Positions 40,501 to 52,625 of a stretch of DNA of 64,000 nucleotides are shown in pieces (within the stretch, counting starts at the first letter, position 1; each line of letters starts with the position of its first letter). The stretch comes from Eledone cirrhosa (taxonomy: Eukaryota): assembly GCA_964016885.1 (NCBI GenBank), contig OZ024754.1, positions 39,618,001 through 39,682,000 on the forward strand, in the 5' to 3' direction. The notes under the pieces are model-generated. The model was not told where the DNA came from, ran no database searches, and saw nothing but the letters and a program-made list of their open reading frames with translations. Position numbers and translations under genes: made by a program.

Positions 40501-43500
40501 TTTCTATTGTCATGTTACATTACAGACCTGTCAACTCTCCCTGTCTGACGGGGAGATCTTCCACCCACTTTGGGGTAGGTGAGAGATGTCTTCCCTTGTG
40601 AAAATTAGTATAGCTTTCATTATATAAAATATCCCCCATTTTGCCTCATTTCTTCCTGTTTTGGGGCAGTTTTCTTGATGGAACTCCACATTTGGGTTTT
40701 TAGGGGTAGGCAGGTCTGATATTGTGATTTAAATATCTTTCATTGACAGAACTTCCTTAGTCATATTTACTATTTGTAATATTCTTAGTCAATTTTCAGT
40801 TAAAAATAGTTAGGATTGTTTTGGGGAGCTAGTACAATGCAAGATAGAAATGATGGAGTGAAAGTAAGACAAAAAAAAAAGAAGAGTTTACATTTTGACT
40901 TTATATATAAATTTCTGTGATTCTGCCACATGTAAAGAGAGAGGAGTAGTTTGACTGCCTCATACTACTCCTCCCTCTTTACGTCTGCTGCCTGCAAGAA
41001 TGTATGTGTGTGTAAAAGGAAGGAAGGGGCTGGTGAAAAACTACGCTGTGTGTGCGTTTGTGTGAATGTATGTCTGTGAGTGTGTATTTTTGTAAGTGTG
41101 TATGTGTTTGCATGTTTATATTTATATACTCATACATATAACATACACATATACACACATATATACATACGCATCAGTGTATGGAAAACAAATTCTATTA
41201 TTTCATATTTCAAGACTTCCAGGCAAAACATGTACATCTCTTTCAGGTGTGCAGTGGCTAAATAACACAGAACATAGAAAACATAAGAAAGATTCCTACC
41301 TGAGTGAAAGAACGCCAATCAAGGTTATTACTTCCAACATAAAAATGTTTTCTGTCAATAAGCCACATCTTTGTGTGCAAAATACCACTATTCATAAATT
41401 TTCCCACATTCAAGTTTCGGACAATTGCATTAGCTTTTGTATATATAAGAAATAAAGGCATAAAATTTAGTCAAACTGTTTGTAAAACTTTTGACACCAA
41501 AAAAATAAATGGTAAATGTAAAGTGAATTTAAATGTTTCTCTGTGTTTATTGAAAAGCTAAAATTATTCTTCCATAGTGTAATTGATAGATTGATAATCT
41601 CTTTTAACATTGAATATCAATATAGTTATATTAGAATATATTTCTAGTACAATATTGTTTTTAACATCTGTCTAATAATTTCTTAACAGGTCCTTAGTTA
41701 AGAAAAAGGGACAATCTGTATGTATAAATTTGGAACACCCTGTATATCATCATCATCATTTTACGTCCGCTTTTCCCTGCTTGCAAGGGTTGGATGGGTC
41801 CTATTCAGCACAGCATCTCTCCACTTGTCACGGTCCTTCTTCGCCATCTCCTCCGTGAGTTTCAGCGATCTGAGGTCTGCTCTCCCCACCTCTGCCCATG
41901 TTTTTCACGGTCTACCTCTACTGCGTCTTCCTTCTACTGGGATTTCTTGGCACTTATTTACCCAGCGGTCATCCTCCATGCGCATCACATGTCCATACCA
42001 TCTCAGTCTTCTCTCCTGCACACCATAATTTATCCCTCTTATACCCAGTTTCTTTCTCAACTCGTCTATGCTTGGTCATTCACGCACCGAATTGACATTG
42101 CACATCCAACGACTTAAAGAAATATATTAGTTTAATGCTTGAAATAGCAGGGAAAGAGTCTTAATGTTTTGGACACTAGTCCTTTGTCAAAAGATAGAGT
42201 TAGAAATAGAAGATAAAATAGAACGATAACAAGTGAGACGAGGAAGGAACAGGGGAAAAAACACACAAGTGTATTCAGTCAGCCATTTTGGAATATATAT
42301 ATCATCATCATCATCATCATCGTTTAACGTCTATCTTCCATGCTATATATATATATACACATACTGCATATTCTGGCTAAATGGAGCTCCCAGAGTTTAT
42401 ATTTAGTTGCAAAGGAGAGAAGAATAGAAGAAAAATTTATTAATAGAATGAAACATTTGTAGAAAAAAGTCACCTTTCTCAGCAAGGACTTTAGTATCCA
42501 AATTTGGAAAGCGTGAGCTTTCCTGATTCTGGACAATTTTCAGTTGAATTTTCCTATCCCTTCCAGCTTGGATAAGCTTTTTGAAAATATTCTCTCCCTA
42601 AAGGAAAAAAAACAACAAACAACATAACTATGGTATTAAAAATAAAAATAAATACAAACCCAAACATGTTAAAGATATTTTTTAAAAAACCAATTATTAG
42701 ATCGGACTAAAGGAAACAGTGTTTTGTAAAGTGGTTGGTAATAGGAAGGAGATCCAGCCATTGAAACAAAATGTCGGGAGGATTCTTCAGCTGTCAAAGA
42801 CATAACAACTTCTCTAGTGCTGGTGCCACAATAAAATGTAAGAGAAATAGGGCCCTTGGCCAATCTGAGCACTTGACAAAGTGTGGGAATGTATACAAAT
42901 TCATCTTTAGCTCCACTTGAGTACTGACTCGGACAGCGACAACACATCCAACCCATGCTAGAAAGGAAAATGGACGTTAAATTAAGATGATAATAATGAT
43001 GTGTATCTGTATATATATATATATATATGTGTGTATATGTATATATATATATATATGTGTGTATGTGTATATATATATAATTAGGTAGTAACATGTGCTT
43101 ATGCCATATTTGACTAAATAGAATTAGTCTGTTAGTTGGGATTTTAAAAAACCCTCTGAATGGAGAAAAAGGACACATGTTACTACCTAATTTTCAAATT
43201 CACTAGCTGTTTATAAACAAAGCCTGCTTTGTGTCCCCCTATTTATATACATATATATATATCTGCTATGGTTATATATCTGCTAATTGAATGGAAGGAA
43301 GCATGGGTGGCGTTTTGGTGAAATGGTAACACATTGGTCCGGCAAACCAAAGATCTGGGTTCATGCCCCATGTACGTCAATACTCATACTTTTTTCCATT
43401 GAGAGGAGTTTTTTAAGGCAAAGCTAACCTCAGCAGGATTTGAACTCAGAATTTGTAATAATGGTTTCTGATTTAGGTACAAAACCAACAATTTTAGGGG

Positions 43501-45720
43501 AGGGGAAAGTTGATTAGATCTACCCCAGTGCATCACTGGTACTTTATTTTAACAACACCGTAAAGATAAAAGACAAAGAACAGAACTATATGCTGCAAAG
43601 CATGTTGTCTGATGCTCTACCGATTCTGCCAATTCACCATCCTGATTTGTCTTTTTCTGCTATCTGTGGAGTCACAAACTAAATGAGAAGATTTAGAAAT
43701 TACGAATACTTACTTGCCAAGATGACGATGAATTGTATATGTCTTCTGATCGCAATGACCAGTAGAAAGAGGCTATTTCAATTGTGTCTTTAGCATTTTC
43801 AATCAAATTCATTAGACCGTCATATGTAGTTAAGTGTGAAGGTGAGCCTGGAGCATAGGTCAAATTCTCAGGGACACTCTCAGCTAAAGATATCCTTCAA
43901 ATAGAAATAAATAATAAAAAAGAAACATTTCATTAGCTGAGCTGAGAAACCTTATCAAAGTTCCCCAATAAATTGACAGTAAAATAATATAAAAGAAATA
44001 AAATAGAATAACAAATAGAAAATACACACACACAAACAATTATGCAATATTAACCCTTTTGATACCAAACAACCCCTGGTTCTATGACACCAAACTGTCC
44101 CTGGTTCTATAACACCAAACTGCCCCTGGTTCTATGTCACCTAACTGTCCCTGGTTCTATGATACCAAACTGTCCCTGGTTCTATGATACCAAACTGTCC
44201 CTGGTTCTATGACACCTTACTGTTCCTAGTTCTATGGCACCTAACTGTCCCTGGTTCTATGATACCAAACTGTCTATTTTAAAGTGTTTATATTTATCTA
44301 AAAACCTTTCATCATGATTTTATTTAAGAACCTTTGCTAAGTTATGTTCCACCACCACCACCATTATCAGTTTTAATGTCCAGGTTTCACTACTATTTGA
44401 TAATTATTAGATTACTAAATGAACTGGACTAGCAAGAGATAAGAATCTTAGGTGATAGGATATAGAGCAGTTTATCAATATATAATTTCAAACAGTTACA
44501 ATGCACATTAAACACAAGTTAGATTTCACAGCAATGTGTTTTTATATCTGGAACAAACAGATTAACCCAAGCTTTTAAATCACCATTCCTGGCTGACAAT
44601 TTATGGAGCATTTAATGGGAATTAGGATTATATATGGTCAATAAAAACCTACACATATTTATTTTGTACATATAGAATAAATATTGACATGAGAAGTCCA
44701 TCCTACACACCCAATCATAAGCCTCAGTGCATGAGAGGGCTAGGATTTTGAAAACTAGAGCAAGGTTTGGTAGATAAGTTGTATACAGTTGTTTTAATAA
44801 ATAATTTGTTTTTAGTACAAAATCTATGACTTAGCAATGCATATATAGAATAAGTATAGAGAACTAGCTGGATTTACCCCTTTAGCATTTACATTACTCT
44901 ATATTTACTATTGTATTTTTGTGATAAAGGCTTTATCTTACATAATTATCTCACATAATATCGAATCAATGAGATTTTGATGATATTTATTTCAAGAACA
45001 ATACGTTAATGTCAGTATGAGCGGTCAGTTACGGCCAGTTTGAACAGAAAGAGGTGAAGGAATTCTGGCCGAATATGGCTGGTTTAAATGCTGGGTTAAA
45101 CTAAAAACACGAGAAACTGAAATAAATACTGCATGGTATTTTGTCTGAAGCTTGAATGCATCAGCCAGTTGAGTACAAAGAGAAAAATATGGAAGTTAGC
45201 AAACTGATCAATCTTTACCACATAAACTAATAACTCACCTTAGAAATAATATAGAAATATCATCCAACCTTCCTTCTTGGCAGAGCTATTCTGTTAAAGA
45301 ACAGGTTGCAAGTGGAGGATAGTAATACGGCCACAAGATATGATGGTTAGTTGCAATATAAATAGGTTCCTGCCAGCCAAATAAACCCTGGACCAACAAT
45401 GGTAAACTACTAGGGGGGGGCTGGAGCAATGGGTGACACCTTTAACTCCCAAGAAAGCTCTTAAAACTTAGTGATGTAGCTATGATGAGGAGACTAAGGG
45501 CTGTCTCTAAAAAAGCCTAGTCTTTTGGGGTCTTAGAAAAGTACTGAATTGGTGGCAAGTGTGAATAAGACCATCAAAACATTGCAGTATGGCCAGAATC
45601 AGTATAGAAATATAATAAATATATTAGTACTTACATACATTTTGGTTCAATTTCTTCAAACAGGAAACCCTGTGTATGAAATGCCATCATGCAAAGGTTA
45701 ATCACAACCAGGAAAACCAT
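34306..45720 (-). CDS. PLD3: PLD3/PLD4-family protein, tandem paralogue B, 9 coding exons, about 441 aa
   Basis: Exons 45720-45635, 43894-43714, 42597-42474, 41433-41300, 40426-40229, 38788-38649, 35602-35440, 34989-34887, 34502-34306 (1326 nt). Internal exon lengths are identical to paralogue A. Both HKD motifs are intact ([16 protein letters not shown]). Confidence 0.93.
34887..34989 (-). CDS. PLD3: PLD3-like B coding exon 8 with second HKD motif (HDKYMVTD)
   Basis: 103 nt, CAG acceptor, GTAAGA donor. Confidence 0.95.
35440..35602 (-). CDS. PLD3: PLD3-like B coding exon 7 (YWPVIDEALR...KIQV)
   Basis: 163 nt, CAG acceptor, GTATGT donor. Confidence 0.93.
35799..38155 (+). mobile_element. 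5'-truncated CR1/L2-like non-LTR retrotransposon with uninterrupted RT ORF (35780-37879), partly duplicated 3' UTR and (ATT)n tail
   Basis: Motifs SPGLDG, NYRPVSLTS, QFGF, YLDFAKAFNSV, SGVPQGSVLGP, YADD, RPHLEF, FFTLRV..WN.LP; no APE endonuclease; flanked by TATATACT duplication. Confidence 0.93.
38649..38788 (-). CDS. PLD3: PLD3-like B coding exon 6 (SSPPPFC...YPNV)
   Basis: 140 nt, CAG acceptor, GTATGT donor. Confidence 0.93.
39808..40145 (-). mobile_element. RTE-like LINE 3' fragment carrying a single copy of the 72-bp unit
   Basis: Collinear with 13560-13710 and 19240-19480. Confidence 0.7.
40229..40426 (-). CDS. PLD3: PLD3-like B coding exon 5 (INEMG...NTYLS)
   Basis: 198 nt, TAG acceptor, GTAAGT donor. 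Confidence 0.93.
41300..41433 (-). CDS. PLD3: PLD3-like B coding exon 4 with first HKD motif
   Basis: [26 protein letters not shown], 134 nt. Confidence 0.93.
41746..42112 (-). mobile_element. RTE-clade LINE 3' fragment, same family as 23725-24625
   Basis: Close nucleotide similarity to 23725-24060. Confidence 0.8.
42474..42597 (-). CDS. PLD3: PLD3-like B coding exon 3 (GENIFKKLIQAGRDRKIQLKIVQN...)
   Basis: 124 nt, TAG acceptor, GTGACT donor. Confidence 0.88.
43714..43894 (-). CDS. PLD3: PLD3-like B coding exon 2 (ISLAESVPENLTY...IASFYWSL)
   Basis: 181 nt, AAG acceptor, GTAAGT donor. Confidence 0.92.
44060..44275. repeat. 25-bp minisatellite inside a MITE
   Basis: CTGGTTCTATGATACCAAACTGTCC. 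Confidence 0.9.
45635..45720 (-). CDS. PLD3: PLD3-like B coding exon 1 (MVFLVVINLCMMAFHTQGFLFEEIEPKCM)
   Basis: ATG at 45720, GTAAGT donor, phase 2. The exon is open back to the acceptor at 45750, so an upstream coding exon cannot be excluded. Confidence 0.7.
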
Positions 45721-47818
45721 TATTATCTTCCTTTTGTTCACCAAAGATTTCTAGAAAAAACTTCAAAAAGAAACAAATCAAATTAATTCTATAAAAAATT
45801 ATTTCGAAATTATATACACTAGCTTTAAATACAATGAAGCAGAAATAATCCAGCCATAAGTGGTGAAAATGTACCTAGTTCACACTGTAAAGTGGTAGTG
45901 ATTGGTGTCAAGATAAAATAAACTTAATCCACTTTGTAAAGTGGTAGTACTGGTGTCATGAAGGAATGCACTTAGTCCACTCTGTAAAGTGGTAGTGCTG
46001 GTATCACGATAAAATGCACCTATGCCACCCTGAAACGAGGTAGTGCTGGTGTCACAATAAAATGCACCTACTCCACACTATAAAGTGGTAGTGCTAGTGT
46101 CACGACAAAATACACCTAGTCCACTCTGTAAAGAGGTAGTACTTGTGTCATGATAAAATGCACCTAGTTCAATTTGTAAAGTGGTAGTACTGGTTCCACA
46201 ATAAAATGCATATAGTCCACTCTGTAGAGTGGTAGTGCTGGTGTCATGATAAAATACAATACAGCCAGAACACACTTAAGTGGTTGGCGTTAGGATGGGC
46301 ATCCAGCCTTAGAAACCATGCCAAAGTGAAATGTATGAGCAAGATATGGTCAACAATGACAAAAGACTGTCGTGAGTGACCAGATCACCCAAACATCTGG
46401 AATGTCACTAGTTGAGTGATATTATGTAGGACATAACAGACGAGAAGGAGAGTGTTATAAGTAGTTTTAAACCAGAATGCAGAGGAGTCAGTAAGGTCTC
46501 GCAAAGAGAATATATGGACATCCAACTGTAGAAAATATGCCAAAAAGGGTTGAATGGACTCCTCAGCTACATCACAAATATAACAACCTCCATAGGGCTG
46601 GTGCCATGATAAAATGATCTCTCAGTACACTCTGTAAAATGGTTGATATAAGAACGGTATTCAGCCATAGAAACCATGCCAAAACTGGAACGAATGTGGG
46701 CAAGACGTCTTCTGGCCCATATAGAAAGGGCAGTAACTTCAATTAAATACTAACTTGGTCTGCAATGACCTGTCCAACCCAAAATGGATAAAACAGACAT
46801 TAAATGATGGTGATGATGATGATAATGATGAATTTCTGGATAAAACATACAAGGTGTGAACACCAGGTTTTCAAAGGTTTCCTCTGCTAACGCACACACA
46901 CACGCGCGCGCGCAAAAACCAGTTCTGTTGGTCTTTTCAAAGCTGGATGTCAAAATGTTTTTTGTAAGGGAGAGAATCGAATGATTTATTTCGTTTTCGT
47001 TTATTATTATTGTTGTTATAATTATTATCAGTAACTTTCATATTTAAAATTAGATTTATTCTTTTATCAAATTTAATTAATTTAGTCCATATATCTATGA
47101 ACAAAGTCGATTGTGAGTTTATTTTCTCTGCACCAAATAACTGTTTCTACTTTTGGCACAAGGCCATCAATTATCCAGTACATTACTGGTACTTTATTTT
47201 ATCGACCCCGTAAAATAAAGTACCAGTAATGTACTAGGTGATTGATGGCCTTGTGCCAAAAGTAGAAACAGTTATTTGGTGCAGAGAAAATAAAGTCGAT
47301 TGTGAGTTTATTTTCTCTGCACCAAATAACGGTCAGTTTTTAGATTCAAACTTTTTATTTTAAGTTATTTATAACATTGATTCCACGTATTTTCTAGCTA
47401 GCCCATCACTCTAATACAATGACTGGTGCAAATAAAATAAAGTAATTCCATCCTAGTTTAAGAACTCTTTTTCACTTTCGGTCAACAGGGATAACTGAAT
47501 AGGTTACCTCGCTGGTTTATTGTAAATTAACAAGCTTAGGAGGAAAATTATTCTTGAAAAAATTAAATATAATCACACACAGCCTTATTCTTGTCCACAC
47601 AAAAAAAGCGATTTATTATTTTACAAAATTTTAAAAATATTATTTAAATGAATTTCAATTTCAAAAAGCTTTTTTTTTTCCTGAATAAAAGTTATAGAAA
47701 TATTTCCCCCCATAAATGGAAGAATCTCCTCTCCACAAACTCACACACACATATATATATTCATATATATACATATATATATATATACATATACAATATA
47801 TTAATAAATGGAAACTAT

Positions 47819-47919
47819 ATTTATAAAACCATATTTATTTTATTATACATATTTCAAGGGCCACCAAGGCAAGTTATGGTGCGCATTCATCAGATAAAAT
47901 ACAGATTTGTTTTATAAAT
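47819..47919 (-). ncRNA. Type I hammerhead ribozyme, left arm of inverted pair
   Basis: Reverse complement of 47967-48067; core CUGAUGA...GAAA-UAUGUA-UA. Confidence 0.72.
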
Positions 47920-47966
47920 AAATTTAACGATTTAAGGTTGTCTTATTTCCAGGTATGTCAATATTT

Positions 47967-48067
47967 ATTTATAAAACAAATTTGTATTTTATCTGATGAA
48001 TGCGCACCATAACTTGCCTTGGTGGCCCTTGAAATATGTATAATAAAATAAATATGGTTTTATAAAT
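47967..48067 (+). ncRNA. Type I hammerhead ribozyme, right arm of inverted pair
   Basis: tattttat CTGATGA(47993-47999), stem II, GAAA(48031-34) tatgta TA ataaaata. Confidence 0.72.
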
Positions 48068-48205
48068 ATAGTTTCCATTTATTAATATATTGTGTATTTA
48101 CTCCACTAATTTGTTGAGTGCTTTATATCAGTTATAAAAATGTTTAAGCTTGTTGAATCCCAACAAATTAAATATAACCTCTGCATATATATATATATAT
48201 ATACA

Positions 48206-48291
48206 CACAGGTTGCCCCCCCCCTCCAAATGTATGCACACTTTCATTAGAGTGTTGTTGAAGTGTATATACATTTTTGGGGACACCCTGTA
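48206..48291. mobile_element. Short Tc1-like MITE/hairpin in TA tract
   Basis: CAGGTTGCCCC..AAATGTATGCACACTT / AAGTGTATATACATTT..GGGGACACCCTG. Confidence 0.5.
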
Positions 48292-48336
48292 TATGTATAT
48301 ATATATATATATAAGAACAAAAGATGGTTAAAAGAG

Positions 48337-48398
48337 TTCCATGTATTTTATTATGCGCATTTCAATAATATTTGTGTTTTCATCAGATAAAAGAGGAA
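48337..48398 (-). ncRNA. Type I hammerhead ribozyme (second family), left arm of inverted pair
   Basis: uuuuau-CUGAUGA-weak stem II-GAAA-UGCGCA-UA-auaaaa. Confidence 0.6.
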
Positions 48399-48441
48399 GA
48401 CATGATATGAAGGTTAAAAAACACTTGCGGATAGTGCAGTT

Positions 48442-48503
48442 TTCCTGTTTTATCTGATGAAAACACAAATATTATTGAAATGCGCATAATAAAATACATG
48501 GAA
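48442..48503 (+). ncRNA. Type I hammerhead ribozyme (second family), right arm of inverted pair
   Basis: gttttat CTGATGA(48454-60) ... GAAA(48477-80) TGCGCA TA ataaaat; perfectly palindromic stem III, weak stem II. Confidence 0.6.
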
Positions 48504-48916
48504 CTCTTTTAACCATCTTTTGTTCTTATATATTATGTATACTCCAGTCCTACAAACTGTAGAGTGCTTCTTATCCGATATCTGCATTGCTTTATTGTAC
48601 TACAATAAAACTCACCTCCTACATATATATAATAGCTGTGAAACTGTATCAGTGAAGTGTCTTGAAAGCGTGGAATTTCGTAATGGCCATCAAATTACTG
48701 ATATACAACTCTACGCAGATGTTATTATCATTGTTAAACTAATATCTCATATATCTACGCAAATATTAAGATATCATTTCTCTTAGCATAACTTAAACTA
48801 AAGCGAAAACAAAACTATTGTTTACATTTTCACTGCTATTTCACTATGTAAAGCATCTTTTGTTGTTTATTTAGAGAATTGCATTGTTGTATGCCTTGCC
48901 CTATATCGGTATAGTG

Positions 48917-48945
48917 TATATATATATATACAAATATATATATAT

Positions 48946-48994
<49 letters not shown>

Positions 48995-49005
48995 AATATA
49001 TATAT

Positions 49006-49050
<45 letters not shown>

Positions 49051-49191
49051 AATATATATATACAAATATATATATATATATATATATACAAATATATATA
49101 TATATATATATACACAAATATATATATACAAATATATATATATATATACAAATATATATATATATATACAATATATATATATATACAAATA

Positions 49192-49268
<77 letters not shown>

Positions 49269-49299
49269 AATATATATATATATACAAATATATATATAT

Positions 49300-49366
<67 letters not shown>

Positions 49367-49381
49367 AATATATATATATAT
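48917..49381. repeat. (TA)n-CAAA microsatellite
   Basis: Seen directly. Confidence 0.97.
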
Positions 49382-49949
49382 CTAAGGCGGGTAAAATTCC
49401 CGTATACATAAATATAAATTTATATAAACCTATATACACACATATATATATTTTATGACCAAGTAAAGTAGATAAAGTTTTACGTACTGTAAATTCTCAG
49501 TTGACTGACAGTAATAACACTTGACAATATTTATTGAAGGCTGCGATTTAGGGAGACTTTATTGTATATGAAATGTGCTCGTTCCCTTTTCCGAGATAGC
49601 TCAGTTAAATGCCACCGATTCCTATTTTGCTTCCCGCTTCCTACCATCTGATCACTAATTTTTACTCCAATGATCCTTATAGCTTGCACCCCCTACCGTA
49701 CCCATGATCCTTATAGTTTTTCCCCTTGTCCTCCTTTGACCCCTATGTTTTGCCTCCCTCTCACCTCAATCCCCACCGTAAACAAAAGAAACATGAAGAA
49801 TTTAACAAACATGAGTAATAGTAAATCAATAATTGACGAGAAATTAATTTATGGGTAATATTTCGTTTTAGGTACGTAAATAAAAAAAATCCAGAAAAAC
49901 AAAAGTTTATTTCAAAAGAAGCGAAATCTCACAGTAATATCTCACAAAG

Positions 49950-50046
49950 GATAATAACCCTAACTCTAACCCATGATAATAACCCTAACTCTAACCCATG
50001 ATAATAACCCTAACTCTAACCCATGATAATAACCCTAACCCATGAT
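49950..50046. repeat. 25-bp TAACCC-containing tandem repeat, about 4 units
   Basis: GATAATAACCCTAACTCTAACCCAT. Confidence 0.85.
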
Positions 50047-50884
50047 ATTTAAACTGACGGAAACCGAAACTTAGTACTTACAACGAAAGATTGCCAATTT
50101 ATGAAAAAAATTAAAGGTTTTTATTCAACAATTTGTCCTTTACTTCCAAAAATAGTTTGAATCTCCAGCACCCCAAAGAAACTGGCTATTCAGGCGTAAA
50201 GTTATTTATTCGTTTCAATTTAGATCAATGGAAAGAGATTTTAAAATGTTCCCGCTTCGCGCCGTAATGGCTCTGTGGTTTAGAAGTTCACTTCACAACT
50301 TCAGAATTCCAGGTTCTTTCCTATTGCATAGTATATTGGATAAATGTCTTCTGCTTTAGCCTTGTGAGTGAAATTTGGTAAAGTGGAACTGCAGAGGCCC
50401 GTCGAATGTTCCGTTGACCATATCAACTGGAACACTCGTTTGTAACCGACGGAGTGATACACCCACATATATACATATGTATATATGAATCTATGATTCA
50501 CCGATTAATGGTGAAATATATTTCTTTTATGGAATATATAAAAAAGGAGATTAATCATTATTGCAAGATATATATTCAAAGTTCTCGTTAAATCTTCAAT
50601 ATGTTACCTCCGTAACTGTGTGTTTACACTCTTTACAAATTATCCCCTGTCAATGTTTCAATGTTTGATATGTTCATTTTATATATATATATATGTCAAT
50701 CGACTTTTGATTTAATTTTATATATATATATATGTGTGTGTTTGTGCGAACGTGCCCCGAAACTTAGCGGATCAATAAAATGTGGTCGATATGATTGAAA
50801 AAAAAAATACACAGAAGCGGTTAGCACACACATCTGGGACCACGCATAACAAAAGGGAGGCGAAAGGGCTGGACAACCGAGCCG

Positions 50885-51170
50885 TTACCAGAGTAAAAGA
50901 TAACAATATCGCGAGGAGCACTGGGAAACCTCTTTAATAATTTTTGAGGCAAGCCAGCACGATCGCAGCGTTACTTCGGGTGATGGCGAGGCTGATGCAC
51001 TGGAACAACCAAGTGACGTCCCAGACAAGGTACCTGCCTCTCGACAAGGAGGGGCACAGGGTAAGGCGGTCAGGTCTTTTCCCATTAATTCTGGACAACC
51101 CAGATGGTTCCAAGATCGAGGGAATGTTAGCCCGGGCCAAAGCTCTTTTGAGAATGAGGACCGTAACAAG
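50885..51170 (-). mobile_element. Second CRE-like RLE fragment
   Basis: ANIPSILEPSGLSRINGKRPDRLT..GRYLVWDVT. Confidence 0.62.
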
Positions 51171-51899
51171 AACCGCTAACCTGACCTTAATGCTGGTCCT
51201 TTCTTCGTCTAAAACTTATTTACTGTAAGCCTTACAAAAGTGTATATATATTTAAATAAATTTAAGGAATTGAAAAAAGAAAGAAGAAAAGAAATAGATC
51301 AAGATCAGAACAAAGAAGAAAGAAAAGAAATTTTCGTCTACCTTTCAAAAATCAATTTTCTTTCACGCTTCTCTTTCTCAGCGACTGTTGTAAGAATTTA
51401 TTAAGAATAGATTCATGCAAGTCATACGCGTAAGATAGGCTAGAAGTGTACTGTCATGACCAAGGCAGACTCAAAGTAAAACATTTATTTTATTAGTTTA
51501 TTTATATAAACAACTGATGTGGACATGTGATTTCCAAGTAATTAGACCTAACTTGTCAAATGACTATTTTCAATAACACTCCGTAGACACAGGTATTTGA
51601 AAACGTAATAATATTTAGTATTATCTTATCTAATCCCGCCGAGGTTAACTTTGCCTTTCATCCTTACGGGGTCGATAAAATAAAGTATCAGTAATGCACT
51701 GGGTAATTACTGGCCTTGTGCCAAAAGTAGAAACAATTATCTTATCTAAGAAATATATAAAATTTGGAAAAAATAAATAGCGAAAAACCAACGAAATTAT
51801 CACCATGTATATATGTTTTATTCATTGTTAACAGTGAATTATATTTCAAAACTAGAGCAGGCTCTGGCCCCTTTGTCTTCAAGTATATATCCAATGTAA

Positions 51900-52625
51900 A
51901 TGGGACGACATCAAGTGCAGGTCTTCCTACAGGCGGACCTTCACCACCTCTCCTGCTTCTGATCTGCTTTGCAGGCAAACAGCGGTGTGTGGCTCAATTT
52001 AGTGCCCTCCACGTCAACCGGTACCCTTCTTGATGATGAGTGCACTCGCATCAGAGTGGCCCAGCGCCTTGGCCTCCACATGTGTGAGTCACAGAAATGC
52101 CATGGGGGGGGGGGGGGGGGAACTGTCGTCAAAGAGTTTAGCCTGCACCCACTGTCATGCTGCCAGAGCACAGGCTGGTTCCCCTGACATGCTGCTCTCA
52201 ACAATATATTGAGAAGGGAGCCATGATGCAGCTGGCTTCAATTGCGGAGAGAGTAAGCGACCCAATGGAATTATCCTCTTCCCATTCAAAGGAGGTAAAT
52301 ACCTCATCTGGGATACCACATGTTGGGACAGGTTCTCCACCTCCAACTTAGTCGCTTTGGCCACAAACCGTGGTACTGCAGCCTGCAATGTAGAGGACAG
52401 GAAGACAAGCAAATACCAGGGCTTGTCTGGTCCCTTCCTCTTTGCACCGGCCACTATTGAGACCTCAGGTATCCTCAGACCCCGTACAGCTGAGCTCCTC
52501 TGTAAAATCAGCGGCCCATCTGAGGAAAGAGCCCTGCGAGGGGGAGGGGGGGGGGGGGGTTACACTGGGTGTCATTGGCTATTGTCCATAGAAATGCCTT
52601 TGCAGTTTTGTTAGCAGGAAGCAGC
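51900..52625 (+). mobile_element. Decayed RLE-type (CRE-like) non-LTR retrotransposon 3' region
   Basis: Frameshifted SGVWLNLVPSTSTGTLLD..RIRVAQRLG, C..C..LHPLSC, KRPNG..LIWDTTC, K.SKY..F.FAP..IETSG. Confidence 0.7.

Noticed and set aside
48836-49439. Poly-(YI) ORFs, and likewise the poly-M/V/H/S ORFs at 4389-4928 and 62729-63045
   Set aside because: Simple-sequence repeat artefacts.
49950-50046. TAACCC-rich repeats as an interstitial telomere (also 32254-32272)
   Set aside because: Short, degenerate and embedded in a 25-bp unit; more consistent with ordinary repeat-element sequence.
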